Shown here piece by piece: positions 1 to 12,894 of a DNA stretch of 64,000 bases; position 1 is the stretch's first letter; every line of letters starts with the position of its first letter. The notes beneath the pieces were generated by a model. It searched no databases. It saw nothing but the letters and a program-made list of their open reading frames with translations, and was not told where the DNA came from. Made by a program: the position numbers and the translations under genes. This DNA is from Antechinus flavipes (Eukaryota): positions 218,984,001-219,048,000 of the forward strand of contig NC_067399.1 in NCBI RefSeq assembly GCF_016432865.1, read 5' to 3'.

Positions 1-1681
1 TAATTTGGGGGGAAAAAAACAAACAATAGAATAGTTGATTGTAAAAAAATAATGCATATATTATGTTTGCAAAGGAAATAGGTACTATTACCAGCACAGC
101 ATTAAAATCTTGGGATGGGAAATTGTAAATTTATTATAATTTCTTACCTTATTGCATTCGTTTGCTATTTTTGGGCCTCATGGTAAAACAACATGCTACT
201 AACAGTTGAAGAGGATCTGCATTTAAATCTTGTCTCTATCGCTGTGTGACATTGGGCAAATCACTTTTCTGGATTTCCATTTATTTGTTAGATGAGCAAA
301 TTTAAATGACTAATAAGATTTGTACAGCTTAGAAAAGTACATTAATGTAAGGAGAACACTTATATAAAGCATTTCATATCAGTCCACGGAATTCTAGGAT
401 CTTTGATTTAGAAAGTTAGAAGGCACTTCAGAGGTCAACTATCTTGTTCAAATTTCTCATTTATAGATAAGGAAATGAGTCAATTTAAGTACTTTGTCCA
501 AAGTCACACAGAGAGTGATAGAGGCGGGGTTTGGTTCTAGTTAATCATTTCAAAGGGGCATATTGAGGAAGACCCTTTGCAAAGTATAAAGTGCAGCAAT
601 AGGACACAAGTCTGCTTTTTGGGGCTTGTTGGGCTCATGAAATTGGCAGCACTGCCACAAAATATCACTAGATGGCAGGATAATATTGTGATTCCTGGAA
701 TCTGAAAATAACAAATAATAGGATTTTTAAGAGTTAAAAGAAACAAAAATTAAGGGTTCCTATAACTATAGTAAGATTTTTTCTTAAAAGCTATATGAGG
801 CAGGTAGTAAGGGCTATGCAGTTCTTGCCCATTGTTAAATTTTAAGGGTAAATGTATATTTACATTGTAGAACACGAAGTCAGGACTCGATTTATTGTTT
901 GTTCATTATCTAGACCCAGGAAAGTGGTAGATAAAACATTAATAATGCAAATTAAACTTAAGTGTGTCATGCAAACATTTTCCCAGAGAGCCTGTTGTTA
1001 AACATTTACCAACATGATTTTACAGATAAGAAAAAATGTTCATCGGGCTTAAATGGGTTGTCAATTAAGTAAAACTAATAAATGCTGGAACCATGATTCA
1101 AACCTAGGATTCCAATGACTTTTCTGCTACCCCAAATTACTAATAACACTACCTCCTAATTTTCCAGATGAGGACATCTCATTTTATCAATGAAAGGCTG
1201 ATAAAATTTCCCAAGAGCATATAGTCAGTAGTACAACTGGGGTTTAAATCCACTTCCCTTGACTCCAAATCCAGGGATATTTTCACTACACTGCTCACCT
1301 CAAGGTCTGCTTGAGTTTATTATGAATGCCTATTACCACTACTGCACTGTGTATTTAATACAAGACTACTGACTCTAGGAGGGGCAACACCAGCTTAGTC
1401 AAGAGAACCCGAGTTCAAACTCAGATACTTAACTCTGTGAGCCTGGACAAGTCCCCTAACTCCTGTTTTGTCTCACATTCCTCATCAATGGCAAATCACT
1501 TCCAGTATCTTTGCCAAAAAAATTTTTAAGGGAGGAAGGGAGAGGGATGAAAAGTTGGACATAATTGAACAATAAACTGGTTCCAGGAATCAGCATCAGG
1601 ATTCAAAAACCATCTCTGACACTTAATAACTACATGATTTGGGTAAGTAGCATAAAGGTTGCTGGACCAGATAGTCTCTGA

Positions 1682-1715
1682 GGGTTCTCTGACTTATTGG
1701 GTTCTCTGACTTATT
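1682..1715. repeat. 17-bp perfect tandem duplication
   Basis: GGGTTCTCTGACTTATT twice. Confidence 0.95.
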
Positions 1716-2317
1716 ACATGACTAATAAGTGTCTGAGACTGAATTTGAACTCGGATCCTTGACTCCAAGTCCAGTAATCCACAACTACACTACTTAAGAT
1801 ACCTCAGATCACAAATGGCTTTAAAATATCAAAGTGGAATTTGTATGAAAGGGATTCGGATGGAAAGCATTGGAGGGGTTGACTTTGGCAAGGTGAAGTA
1901 CCCCCTTCGGATGAGCCTAGCATAGGTAGGGTCAGTAATCTACCTTTAACAACAGAGAGAAAGCTTGGCTCTTAAAGTTAGAGGTAGAAAAGATACAGTA
2001 AAGGAATATTGGACTGAAGTCAGAAGAGCTGGATTTCAAGTCCTGGCTTTAGCATTTACCTACTGGAAGACCTTGGATCACAAAGACTGGAATCCTGATT
2101 AGAAAACTACTGAACACCGAGGAGCTGCAGAAAGTCTCTCTGCTTCCCTGAAAATGTCTCTCCTCTGCATAAAATGAGTATAATGATCCTTTCCTTAGCT
2201 ATCCCACAGAGTAGACGCAAATGGTATGTTAGGAAAGTCCCCTGCCATCTTAAAATAAGGCAGAAATATGGGGTGCTTATGAGCTACAAAGCTTGCTCAG
2301 AGGAGGTGCAGGATCAG

Positions 2318-2331
2318 GCACCAGGGGGCAG
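2318..2331 (+). promoter_or_regulatory. Candidate CTCF core motif
   Basis: GCACCAGGGGGCAG matches 13 of 14 positions of CCASYAGRKGGCRS. Confidence 0.4.
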
Positions 2332-5300
2332 AGGAGAGCACATGATTATGTGCCCATCCTTCACTGCCTGTTCAGTTTGTATGTGTGGGGGAAGGGGTGG
2401 GGTGGGGGAGAGGAGGGGAACAGGGAGATGGGGCAAAAAGATGAACAGAAAGGCTTCCTAGAGATCCCCATTCAATCCATAAGAGCTATGGTTATACAAG
2501 CTTGCACACTAAACAGCTCCCAAGCAGTTTGAATCCAGTAAATAAATCTTTCAACTCTGGATAAAGGGGAATTCCCTTCTATCAAAATTGAGCCAAAAAA
2601 AAAATTTCTTTCCTTCTGATCTTTGGCTCTCCTTTTACAAGACCTGTCTACTTTTAATTCTAAATTCACCTCTCAAGATTGGGAGGTAAAAAAGAAAAGA
2701 GAAAATTGTCTTCCCCCAAAATAGAATTTTTTTTTCGATCATGTTTATAGGCAGTAAGGAAGGAGCCAATGTTTAAAGAAGGAATGAAGAAGAAAGAGAA
2801 AGAATAACTGAGATAGCTTGGTCCCAGAGAAGATAGGAGAGGGATGGATTCAAGAGTAAGGGAAGATTGGCTTTGGCAAAAAAGGAAGTCTCCTCTTCTT
2901 CATAGATTTTTCTCCAAAAGAGAATAATGGATAGTATAAAAGGTTTTTGATGTGTGAAGAAAAACTTAGAATGAATCTTTTCTGTTTCTTTGAGAGGAAG
3001 AAGGTTGTATAGGGAAGAACTTCACAATTACAGCTATACAAAAGGGGACTGCCTCAAGGCATGATAGGTCTTCCTCATTGAAGGTGTTGAAGCAAAGGCT
3101 AGATAGTCACTAGTTGAATCTGTTGAAGAGGGAATTAGATTAGATGATCAGAACTCTGGAATTCTTTGATTACATAAATCCTACTAAATAGGCAAAATGG
3201 TATAGTAGATAGATAAGAGTTGCCTTCTGAGTCAGGAAAGTCTGAGTTCAAATCCAACCCTTAAAACATTGACTCTCTAAGTTAATAAATGAGTTTACAT
3301 TCTACATCAAAAGTTTTTCAACACTAATAAAATCACAAATTTGGACCAAAAGAGAGGCGTACCAATCAGAGGCTTTGTCTTAGTGTTGGAAACAAGATAG
3401 CTTTGAAGATGTATTATCTTAGCCTTGACAAATCGTTAATGAATTGGGCCCAGAACTGAACAGGAGAACAGACCGGATCACTTCTGGAAAACTGTCAAAA
3501 TTACTTTAATCACCCCAAACTTCTCCCTTCAATAAATACCAACATTCTCCCAGTGATGTTTACCTGGGAATCATGGAACACCACTGTCTCTACAGATGGG
3601 AAGTGAATCATTGCTCATAGGACAATGGGGAGGTGCAGTGTGGTTCTGAGCAGTTGCCGATTATACAGAAATGATACAGGGAAATCAGTGGAATGGATAT
3701 CAGCAAAGAAACATGATCGGATAGGAAAATGAGTTGGTCATGTGGCAATAGGTGCAGGACAGCCCATGTTCTTCATTGATGTCTTTGTAATGACAAGAAA
3801 TACCCTTTTTCACCCTGCCCCTAAAATTGAAAGAATACCTATTGGGATGATCCAGTGAGATGATACATGGAACAATGCTATACACATGTATATTAAAGCA
3901 GCCTAGGGCACAGTAGTTAAAACCCCTCACTGGATCTGAAACCAGGAACACCTGTGTTCAATTCTGCCTCAGACATGTACTAGATGTGTGACACTGCATA
4001 AATCACTTGACCTCTATCTCATTTCATCTGTAAAGTGGGGATAAAAATAGTACCTACCTCCCATATATTTTTATAAGGATCAAATGATATGATATTAGGA
4101 AACCTTAAAGTACTATATAAATGTTAAGCTATTATTACTGATCTATTATTAATTCAGATTTGGGGAACTTGCTCTGCCTTTTTCTTTAAAATAAACAACA
4201 AAACTTACCCAGCAAAAATCTATAGCATCAAGCCTCATTAAAGAGTTTGTTTTTTCTCAATCTAAAGTGGATTTGGTATAGAAAATGAGCAGGACAAGGG
4301 AACTTATCAAACACCTCCCATCACATGCCATTTGATCAGGGGCAGAGCTGCCTGGCTTCCAGATGGCAGCTACCCTTACAGGGAGCTGGGGGGGACAGCA
4401 ACATTCCCCTCTGGATAATGTTACTGGAAAACACCCAAATAAAACCTCTTAGACAAGTTTTCTAATGGAAACTGAACAGAACCCTTCTGCTGATTGATGG
4501 GAAGATCATTAACAATGGGTGTTGAAAACATCCCATTAATGTCTGCTCAGCTGCCCTTGCCCTGATCATTCAGGGCACTTCAGGGTCAGAACACAAGTTT
4601 GGAAATGGGATGGAGAGAGGAATCCATCCTGGCTTGGTTTGCTCTGCTCCCTCACATGAAGAGAAGGATGACGATGGAAGAAGAAAGAAACCTTTCTGTG
4701 CCTTAGCCTTGGTCATCCTTATAGAATGAGGTTCACCTATTAAAGGCCACAGAGGGGAGTTGCAAGACCACTGAAGCCCTTCTATTTCTCTTTTGGTTTC
4801 CAGTTTCCTGGAAAGAACATTCTATTCAATTGCCTTATAATTTTAAAGACTATTCCTTTTGGCTTAAACTATCCAAACACTCTTCCTGGCCACTCCTCCC
4901 TGGTATTTATTAGGTCAGGCTCTAAGGTGAGTGCTCTTTCCATACTCCACAATATAGCCTATTATCAAGCAATCACTCAACAAACACTTGATTTCCCTGA
5001 GCCTGTTTTTTTCATCTATAAAATGAGGACAGGACAGTGATAACCCTACTCACCATTTCTAGAAAAATATTTTACACATTTTTACCTTGGTACACTAGCT
5101 CAACTCTTGTTTCCCCTGCCTGAAATGACTTCTGCCCTCCTCTCCTGATCCTCAAAGGCCAACTTTTCTCTGTGAAGCATCTCTTGAGCTTGTCATGATT
5201 GCTTTCTCTTCTGACCACCTAAGTCAAGGATTCTTCTCTCTGTAGGGATCCACAAATAGAAATTGAATGAGAAAAAAAAATCACATCTTGATTTTCACTA

Positions 5301-7018
5301 ACATTGAGTTGAAATGTAGCATGTCTTTCAGTTATTTAAAAAACCTTATTCTGAGCAGAGTCCATAGGTTAGTTTTTCTAAAACAGAATTTTTTATAGGA
5401 TGTGGAAAGAACTAGATTTGGTGTTTGAGGTCTTGAGTTTGAGTTTGGCTTCTGCTACTGTGTATCTTTGAGCAATGCAAATGGCAGCTAGAAGTGAGTT
5501 TGTTGCAGTTACAAAGTCTGGATACCAGAGATAAGGTGGGGAGGGTAGGGACTGGAGTTGTAGAAAGTTAGGTATTTAGGATAGACTTCAGACTCCGGGT
5601 ATTTTTGCATCATTTCCCTTGTTCCTATTCCTATCTGGGAATATTCCTTCTTTATTCTAGAGTGGTTTTTGCTTTAAAGAAAGCCAATGATTCTCACAGA
5701 TTTTAGTTCTTTGACCAGGTTGGAGTCAAAGGAATTGGGTGAAAATTCCACTTCAGCTACTTACCTACCACTTATGTGACCATACGCAAAATTCCGTTCC
5801 TTCTGTGGGTCTTGGATTATTCATTTCTCCTCTGTGAAATGCAGGTGTTTGGAAATGTTGATCTCTAAGGTTTTTTTTTTTCCCAATTCTGTATCCTATG
5901 ATCCTACTAATAAAAGGAGATAGACAGATGAGAAATAGGGAAGGTGGCAAAGAGGGGTAGAAGCAGAAAATAAAAGGAAACACTAAGTCAGGGATAGTTC
6001 AAGATAGATTATATTTAAGTGTGGATTATGATGCAGGCAGAGCCAATAGGCCATCTGGAAGGTGAAATCTTACTATTTGGGAAATGTCAGCTTTTCTTTT
6101 CTTTTCTTTTTAAGGACCAAATAAGCTCATTAATTATTTCATGTGTACTTGGGAATGAGATTTGTTGTTTTCAATTTTGTCTGACTCTTTTGATCCCATT
6201 TGAAGTTTTACTGGGAAAGATACTAGAGTGGTTTGCCATTTTTCCCCCCAGATTTTTGACAGATGAGGAAACTGAGGCAAATGGGGTTAAGTGACTTGTC
6301 TAGGGTGACATAGTAAGTGTCTGAACTCAGGAAGAGTCTTGCTGATTTCAGAACTGGTGCTCTCTCTAGCTGTCACCTGTAATACTGCCATCCTCTAATT
6401 TAGGTTTTGTAGTTCTTTCCTTGTTTTTTAAATTGAAATAATTTCATGTGTTTTAAGATCATTAAAACAAAGAGACTAGAAATTCATGGATTAAATACTA
6501 CCCCTAGACTTCCCAGAATCCCAGTTTGGGTTAGTTGAAAGTCTGGGTAATTAAGGACAAGGTGGGAAAGTGAAGGGCCCCAGTCCTAGAAGCATTCCCC
6601 TTGTTCCCTCCCTCTCCCATTCCCATCTGGGGAAATCTATCAAAACATAAAATCCTAGAAGAATGTTTACAGATTCCAGATGCCCTCTCTCTTCATTCCC
6701 TCTTTCTTCTAGAATGGGTTTTGTCCTAAGAAGAGACAGTGATTCTCACAGATCTTAGTTCTTTGACATCAGGAAACCCAAAGATTATTGACTATGGAAT
6801 CTAGGACCTAGGTATGAAAGTTCATAGTTTAACAGTTAGAAAAGATTGTAGGAAATAATTAGTTCAACCTTGTCTTTTGACTGATAAAAACTGGGCTGAG
6901 GAAAGGAAAGTGATTTGTTCAAGATCATCTAGCTGGTGAGTCTCAAAGTTGGGATTTGAACCCAATAGAGTAGAGAGTGGGCCTCTTACTATTGAAATTC
7001 TTCAGGAAGAGAATAGAT

Positions 7019-7196
7019 CAGGGATTCTTATCTTCTTTTGTGTCACTGGCTCTGTTTGGCAATCTGGTGAAGCCTATGAACTCTCTATCCAAAGTTTTTA
7101 AATTCATAAATTGGAATATCCATGATTAAAGGAAACAAATTATGTTGAAATAAATATTTAAGAAACAAATTCACAGACCCTAGGTTAAAAGCCCTG
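7019..7196. mobile_element. Charlie-type hAT MITE (Charlie4-like)
   Basis: Ends CAGGGATTCTTA / TTAAAAGCCCTG with internal ggcaatctggtgaagcctatg motif. Related copies at 16467-16695, about 33430-33605 and about 56890-57480. Confidence 0.6.
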
Positions 7197-8278
7197 AGGT
7201 TAGAGGGTTTGTCTGGGAGGTTGTGAGAGGGAATTCTTGTATTAAGGAAGAGGCTGAATTAGATGCCTTCTAAGAACCTTTCTTACTCAGAAATCCCATT
7301 ACTCCTTTATTTGTTTCCCAGCTGCTCTGAAGCTGATACTTACCTTCAGGAATTTGGCCAAGCTGGAGTTTCTTTGAGCTACTCAGAGCATGTATAGAAC
7401 ATCAGCACTGTTTCTGGAAACCCGTTGGGCCATAAATGGCAAGAGGAAGCTGTATGTTAGTGGGGTCTGCCTCTGGAGAGGCTTTCTGGCAGCATTTTTT
7501 GTTTACCTTAACTGAACTATACATTTTACATAAAATTCATCAGGAACCTGTGGATGTAGTTTTATTCCATTTATATGTAAATAGCCATTCCTGATCTTAT
7601 ATTTAGGGAATATATTTTTCTTCAATCTTCCCCTCTTGGATGATATTGAGTGGATCTATACATTCATACTTTTTAATTATTTCATGTAACAGGCAATTTA
7701 TCTGGACTCCAGTGAATTTCAAAGTACATTATCGGAACTTTTGGTAGCAAAATAATTTAGTAAAAAGATTATTTTTTCTCCACTGAATATGGTCAATGAT
7801 AGATAGCCAAGTCCTTCAAGTAGCATGTGGGGTGAGTACCCTAATCCCCAAGATATGCTATCTTACTGGGATACTTCAAGAATCTAGAAACTTTTTAATC
7901 CTGCGACTCTCAGTACAGATGCAGAGTAAACTTCTCTATGTTTGAGAACTGTCTGGCTGGAAAAAATATCATTGTGTAACCAGTCTAGTGATGAGTCTTT
8001 CTAAACTTACCAAATAAACTGATCTCTGAATACCAGACATACTGGGCCTGAGCTCACTTTCCAGAGTAGCAGAACTTACCAGAGGTAGGACCCCAATGGT
8101 GTGGCCTGCAAGAGTACAGGCTCACCTCCAGATGCCAAATAGGCACCAGATGGGGGGGCTTTCATGCTTGCACTATCCCTGTTCATATTCGCCCTGGGCC
8201 CTGCTAAGCATCTTGTCTCCTTAATTACTATACTGATTAAAATTGGACAGAGAAACAGCTGACAAGAAAAGTCATTGT

Positions 8279-8284
8279 TTTATT
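8279..8284 (-). terminator. Distal polyadenylation signal AATAAA
   Basis: Plus-strand tttatt with a U/GU-rich downstream element on the minus strand. Confidence 0.75.
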
Positions 8285-8499
8285 TCAATTAATATCTCTT
8301 GGCATTAGGCAGATATTAAATAACACTGGAATGCATAAGATTGATCAACACAGTGACGGTGCAAGGGACAAGGGGAGGAGGCAATGTTTACAAAGAATAG
8401 GGTAAGTAGAGTAACTACCCCTCAGGGGATGGTGACCACAGAAGCCACATCCCCCGGAGGGAAACTTTGATGGAAAAATGCAAGCTTCAGATCATTCCT

Positions 8500-8505
8500 T
8501 TTATT
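8500..8505 (-). terminator. Possible proximal polyadenylation signal AATAAA
   Basis: Canonical hexamer in the UTR. The downstream U/GU element is less clear. Confidence 0.35.
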
Positions 8506-9366
8506 TCATGATTTTAATGCAGGACACGCTGGACCAACCAACAGTAAAAATGAACCTTGAACAAATATGTGCATTCAGATAGTGGACAGTGGAATAGCCA
8601 CATTAATGGCTAAACATGCATTTCTTTTGAAAGACGGCAAGTTGCAGATGCATAAATACCACAAAACAACCAGCATTAGGTTAATCACAGGCCACTAAGG
8701 GAGGAAAAAGCTGGAAAAGGTATCAGATGCATTAAGTAGGTGACCTTATCATGAAACTGTACTTCACCATATATATATATATATTTATATATATAATTTA
8801 TATATTAAAAGAAAGCGAAGACCATCATCGGATAAGTACAAGCCATTTTTTCTCAACAAAAAGAAAAAGAATAAAATCATGCACAGGAAAGGGTTCATTC
8901 TGTCTGCTTTTAGCTCCCAACTATTCAAACAGTCATTTTCAAAGCAAAATAAATTAGCTAACCTTGGCTCTATTTTATAAAGTCCTATCTCAGCTCTTCT
9001 CATGGTTATTAGAATGTATTCATACAGATTTCCCAAGTGAAAGGAGATGTCGCTCACCCCAAGGACCTAAGCCCCTCTTGCTGTCTACATGAAACATATC
9101 TCTAAGTGATATCAGGGCTCTGTAAAAGGAATCAGGATGACAGAAGGAACACTGAAAAGAATTTTGGATGACCAAAAGACTTTGGTCTTGGCGTGGATGA
9201 TCGGGGGAGCTGTGGCTGGCCATGCTGCTGCATGGAGGGAAACCACCGGACCAAGGAACCTTATCCGAGAACAGCAGAGGAATGGTTTGAGAAGGCATCC
9301 ATTTCTGTAAGCAAAGCTGGAATGACAAGCCAGTGGCTTTTTGCAACTGTCCAAGTATGGGTGGAA

Positions 9367-9612
<246 letters not shown>

Positions 9613-9985
9613 TTACCCTCCTCAAAATTAATAAGCTCACTTTTCAAACCTAATCCTTTAGCTTCCTGGAAAAAGCAAAATATAATATGCTCTCTCTAGT
9701 TAAAACTGAGTCTTTTTAAAAAAAAAAGTTCTTCATTTTTCATGATGAAGTACCATTGTAAATTATGTGGAAGGTTCAACATAGTAACTACAGCAAATGC
9801 TAAAGAACTTTGTGAAATATTATAAAAATCTGCTTTAATTCTCAAAATTTCAAGATGTTAGTAACTTAAAAAAAAGATATAACAACCCAAACTGGGGAAG
9901 GTAGTACTTAGTTGGGGAACAATCTGAATAAGTTTCTCACTGATTGGAACTACTATATCAAAGTGAGTCTCCTACCTCTGGCTTT

Positions 9986-10035
9986 CACCACTGAGCCAGA
10001 GAATCACAGACACCACTGAGCCAGAGAATTACAGA
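9986..10035. repeat. 25-bp tandem duplication
   Basis: CACCACTGAGCCAGAGAAT(C/T)ACAGA twice, 1 mismatch. Confidence 0.95.
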
Positions 10036-10489
10036 ATAAAAGAACTGGGAGAGACCTTCAAGATCACACATTCCAACTTCTTCATTTTATAGACTGGGAT
10101 AATTAAAATTTGGAGAGAGGAAGTCACTAATAACTTCCAACGGTTCCCTATTACCTTCAAGATTAAATAGAAAATCTGTTTGGCTTTTAAAGCCCTTCTA
10201 TCCTGGTCCTTTCTACTTTTCCATCTTTTTATACTTTACTCCCATCCACCAATTCTGAAATACAGTGACAGTGACCTTGTTTTTCTTCTCACAAGATACT
10301 CCATCTCTCAACTCTGTAAATTTTCACTGGCTATCCCCTATACCTGTTCATCCCCATCTTCTGGCTTTTTTGGCTTCTTCAAGGTCTTCAGGACAAAACT
10401 TCTTCAAGAAGCCTTTCTTGGTCTCCCTTAATGCTAATTTATCTTCCTTCTGAAATTACCTTCTATCTACTATTATCTATTTCATTGAT

Positions 10490-10890
10490 CTATCTGTACA
10501 TATGTGTATCTAGTTATATAAACATATCTCTATCCATTTCTCATATCTCTATAGATCTATCTTGTAACTATATAGTCTAAATGTCTATCATATTTATATA
10601 GACATATAAACCTAGACAGATATCTATATTACACACACACACACACACAAATATACATAGATATATCTTTACACATATCTAAGAGCATACACACATGTAT
10701 AGATCTATGGGTTCATATTTTTCTACATATATTTATATAGATATATCTCTATATAATCATATGTAGATCAATGGAGTCTCTATAAAAACAGATATAGATT
10801 TATATAGGTACGTATGCATAGAGATATATAATAAATATCTATACATACATCTATATCTTCCTGTTTATTTCTCTATTTCTTGTATGTGTC
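10490..10890. repeat. AT-rich low-complexity tract with (CA)n, inside an L2
   Basis: Degenerate TA/TCTA repeats and a short CA run at about 10633-10648. Confidence 0.85.
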
Positions 10891-11660
10891 TATATATTGT
10901 TTCCACCATTAGAATATGAGCTGCCTCCCCCAGGGAGGCAATCCAAATTAAGTGAATTGGCCAAGATGACATAGCCAGTAAATAAGTGTCTGAATCTGGA
11001 TTTGAATTCAGGTCTTTCTGATTCCAGGGCAGTGCTCTATATACTGTGTCAACTAGCTGCCCCCATGGGCAAGGACTTTTAAAGCTTTTCTTTTTATTCC
11101 AGTGCTTAGTACATAGTAAACTCTTAATAAATACCTTCTTGACTGACAGACTGGTTATAGAATTTTAAAATGTTAGAGCTAAGATTCAAATCCAGGGCCC
11201 TTTGATTCCTGGTACATCTTCCAGCTTCTTGCTAACGGGATCTAGATACAGTGGTTCTCACTTTCTTATCTGTTTTCAGCCAGGACTACAGTAAGCCATT
11301 CAGAATGCCTGAATGAAAAAGAATACTTCTCAGTGAAGAAAAGAGCTCTTTTTTAAATAAAAGAAATCCTCACTAGTCTTTCCTTCTAGGCTGAGGGTTC
11401 CCATGGTAAGGAGGATATCATACTTCCAGCTTAAAGAGAAAGTAGAAAGGAATGAAGTCAAGGGACATGCTGGAGTCAGCTCTAACAGGTTTTCAATTAT
11501 TAAATTTTCTTTGTGAGCATTTTGCCTCAGAAATTAGCAATCATTACAAATCAGGGCTTCTGTTGACTGTCTAGACTTAAAAAGTGTTCACAAGGCAGAT
11601 TAAACTTCAAATTGTGTATAGCTACTTTTTTTTTTTTTTTTTTTTTGCTCCAGAAGATCC

Positions 11661-11686
11661 TGGTTGTTAAACATTTACCAGCACAT
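11661..11686. mobile_element. MER63-like hAT terminal fragment
   Basis: tggttgttaaacatttaccagcaca; a second similar fragment at about 986-1015. Confidence 0.4.
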
Positions 11687-12619
11687 CTATGTATTGTTCT
11701 ATAAACATTCCTTGAGTTCAGTGGGAGTGCAAAGGAAGATTCATGTAATGAAATCATCATCTTATCAGAGGCCTGGTGAATACAGGTTAATAAGAATAGT
11801 TATAAAAATAAAGTAATAAAACAATAATAACTGATATTTATATAGTGCTTTGAGGTTCAAAGTGCTTTATATCCATTATCTCATTTGAGCCTCATAACAC
11901 CCTGATATTTAATGGAAAGGAAATAGTACTAATTATTAGAAGAACTATGTTTGACACCTAGTCTTGTTATCTTAGCTGACTACTCAACCCTAAAATGGGT
12001 CTGATTCTCTTTGACTATAAAATGAGTAAAATAATACTAATTAAGTATCTTTGTAAACTATAGAAAATAATGCATTTCAAATTACTCAGGAGAGGATCTC
12101 ATGTGAAAGAAAGTGCTTTGAAAACAGAGTTAGTTATTTTGGGGGACTTGTGATTTCATTGGTGTAGGAAACTAGAGTGAGGGATGTCTTCTGCAAATGC
12201 AGATCAGCAACTACAATTGTGACTCTTAGCCTGAGTTCAAGGGCCACATCTGAGAAATCCAGGTTGTGTGATCCTGAATATGTCATTGCCTAGACAATTG
12301 TCTCAATAGTTATGAATAAATGAGAAACCTTGCAGCAGACCTGTGTGAGAAATAAAGAGAAAAAAGGGGGGCAAAATTTTATAAATTAAATAGTTTAAAT
12401 TTCAGTGGGAGTTGGCATGGCACAGTGGAAAGGGGCGATGGGCCCAGAATTAGAAGACCTCATTTCATCTACCAGCTCCACTATTTCCTACCCATGGAAC
12501 TTTGAACAAGTTGCTTAACCTCTAAAGACCTTTTCCCAGCTCTGATTCTAGTATGAATTAGTGATCATTAGTGTGAGAAGTGATCATTAGAGATCCTGTA
12601 GACTGTAGAGATCCTATAA

Positions 12620-12777
12620 GATGTCAAACTAAGAGGCCCAAACCAGGTTAAAAGGTAACTGGGAAATATTCAACAGAATAAATAAAAATATAATGCAACA
12701 CAAACAATGTTAATTTGTGGTTTTCTGAGTCAATATGCAGCCTTGGGGATATCTGTTTCTATTTGAGTTGGACACTA
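12620..12777. mobile_element. Small hAT (Tip100-like) MITE remnant
   Basis: Terminal inverted GATGTCAAACT / AGTTGGACACT with an AT-rich interior. Confidence 0.45.
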
Positions 12778-12894
12778 TTCATCTAGTCAACTTCTGTTCT
12801 ACCTGTCCCCCAGTCCGACCTCCTTATTTTTGTACATGGGGCAATTGAGATGAAAATCAGATGTTAACATGATTTATCCAAATTTGTGCAAAGT

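Larger units (their letters stand above)
8260..9366 (-). other. HPCAL1: HPCAL1 3' UTR (end approximate)
   Basis: Repeat-free sequence between the stop codon and AATAAA at 8279-8284, which is followed by a U/GU-rich tract (TTTTCTTGTCAGCTGTTTCTCTGT). Confidence 0.75.

Noticed and set aside
7338-7346. Perfect minus-strand donor AAG|GTAAGT downstream of the poly(A) site
   Set aside because: No good upstream acceptor; one or two such matches are expected by chance in 64 kb.
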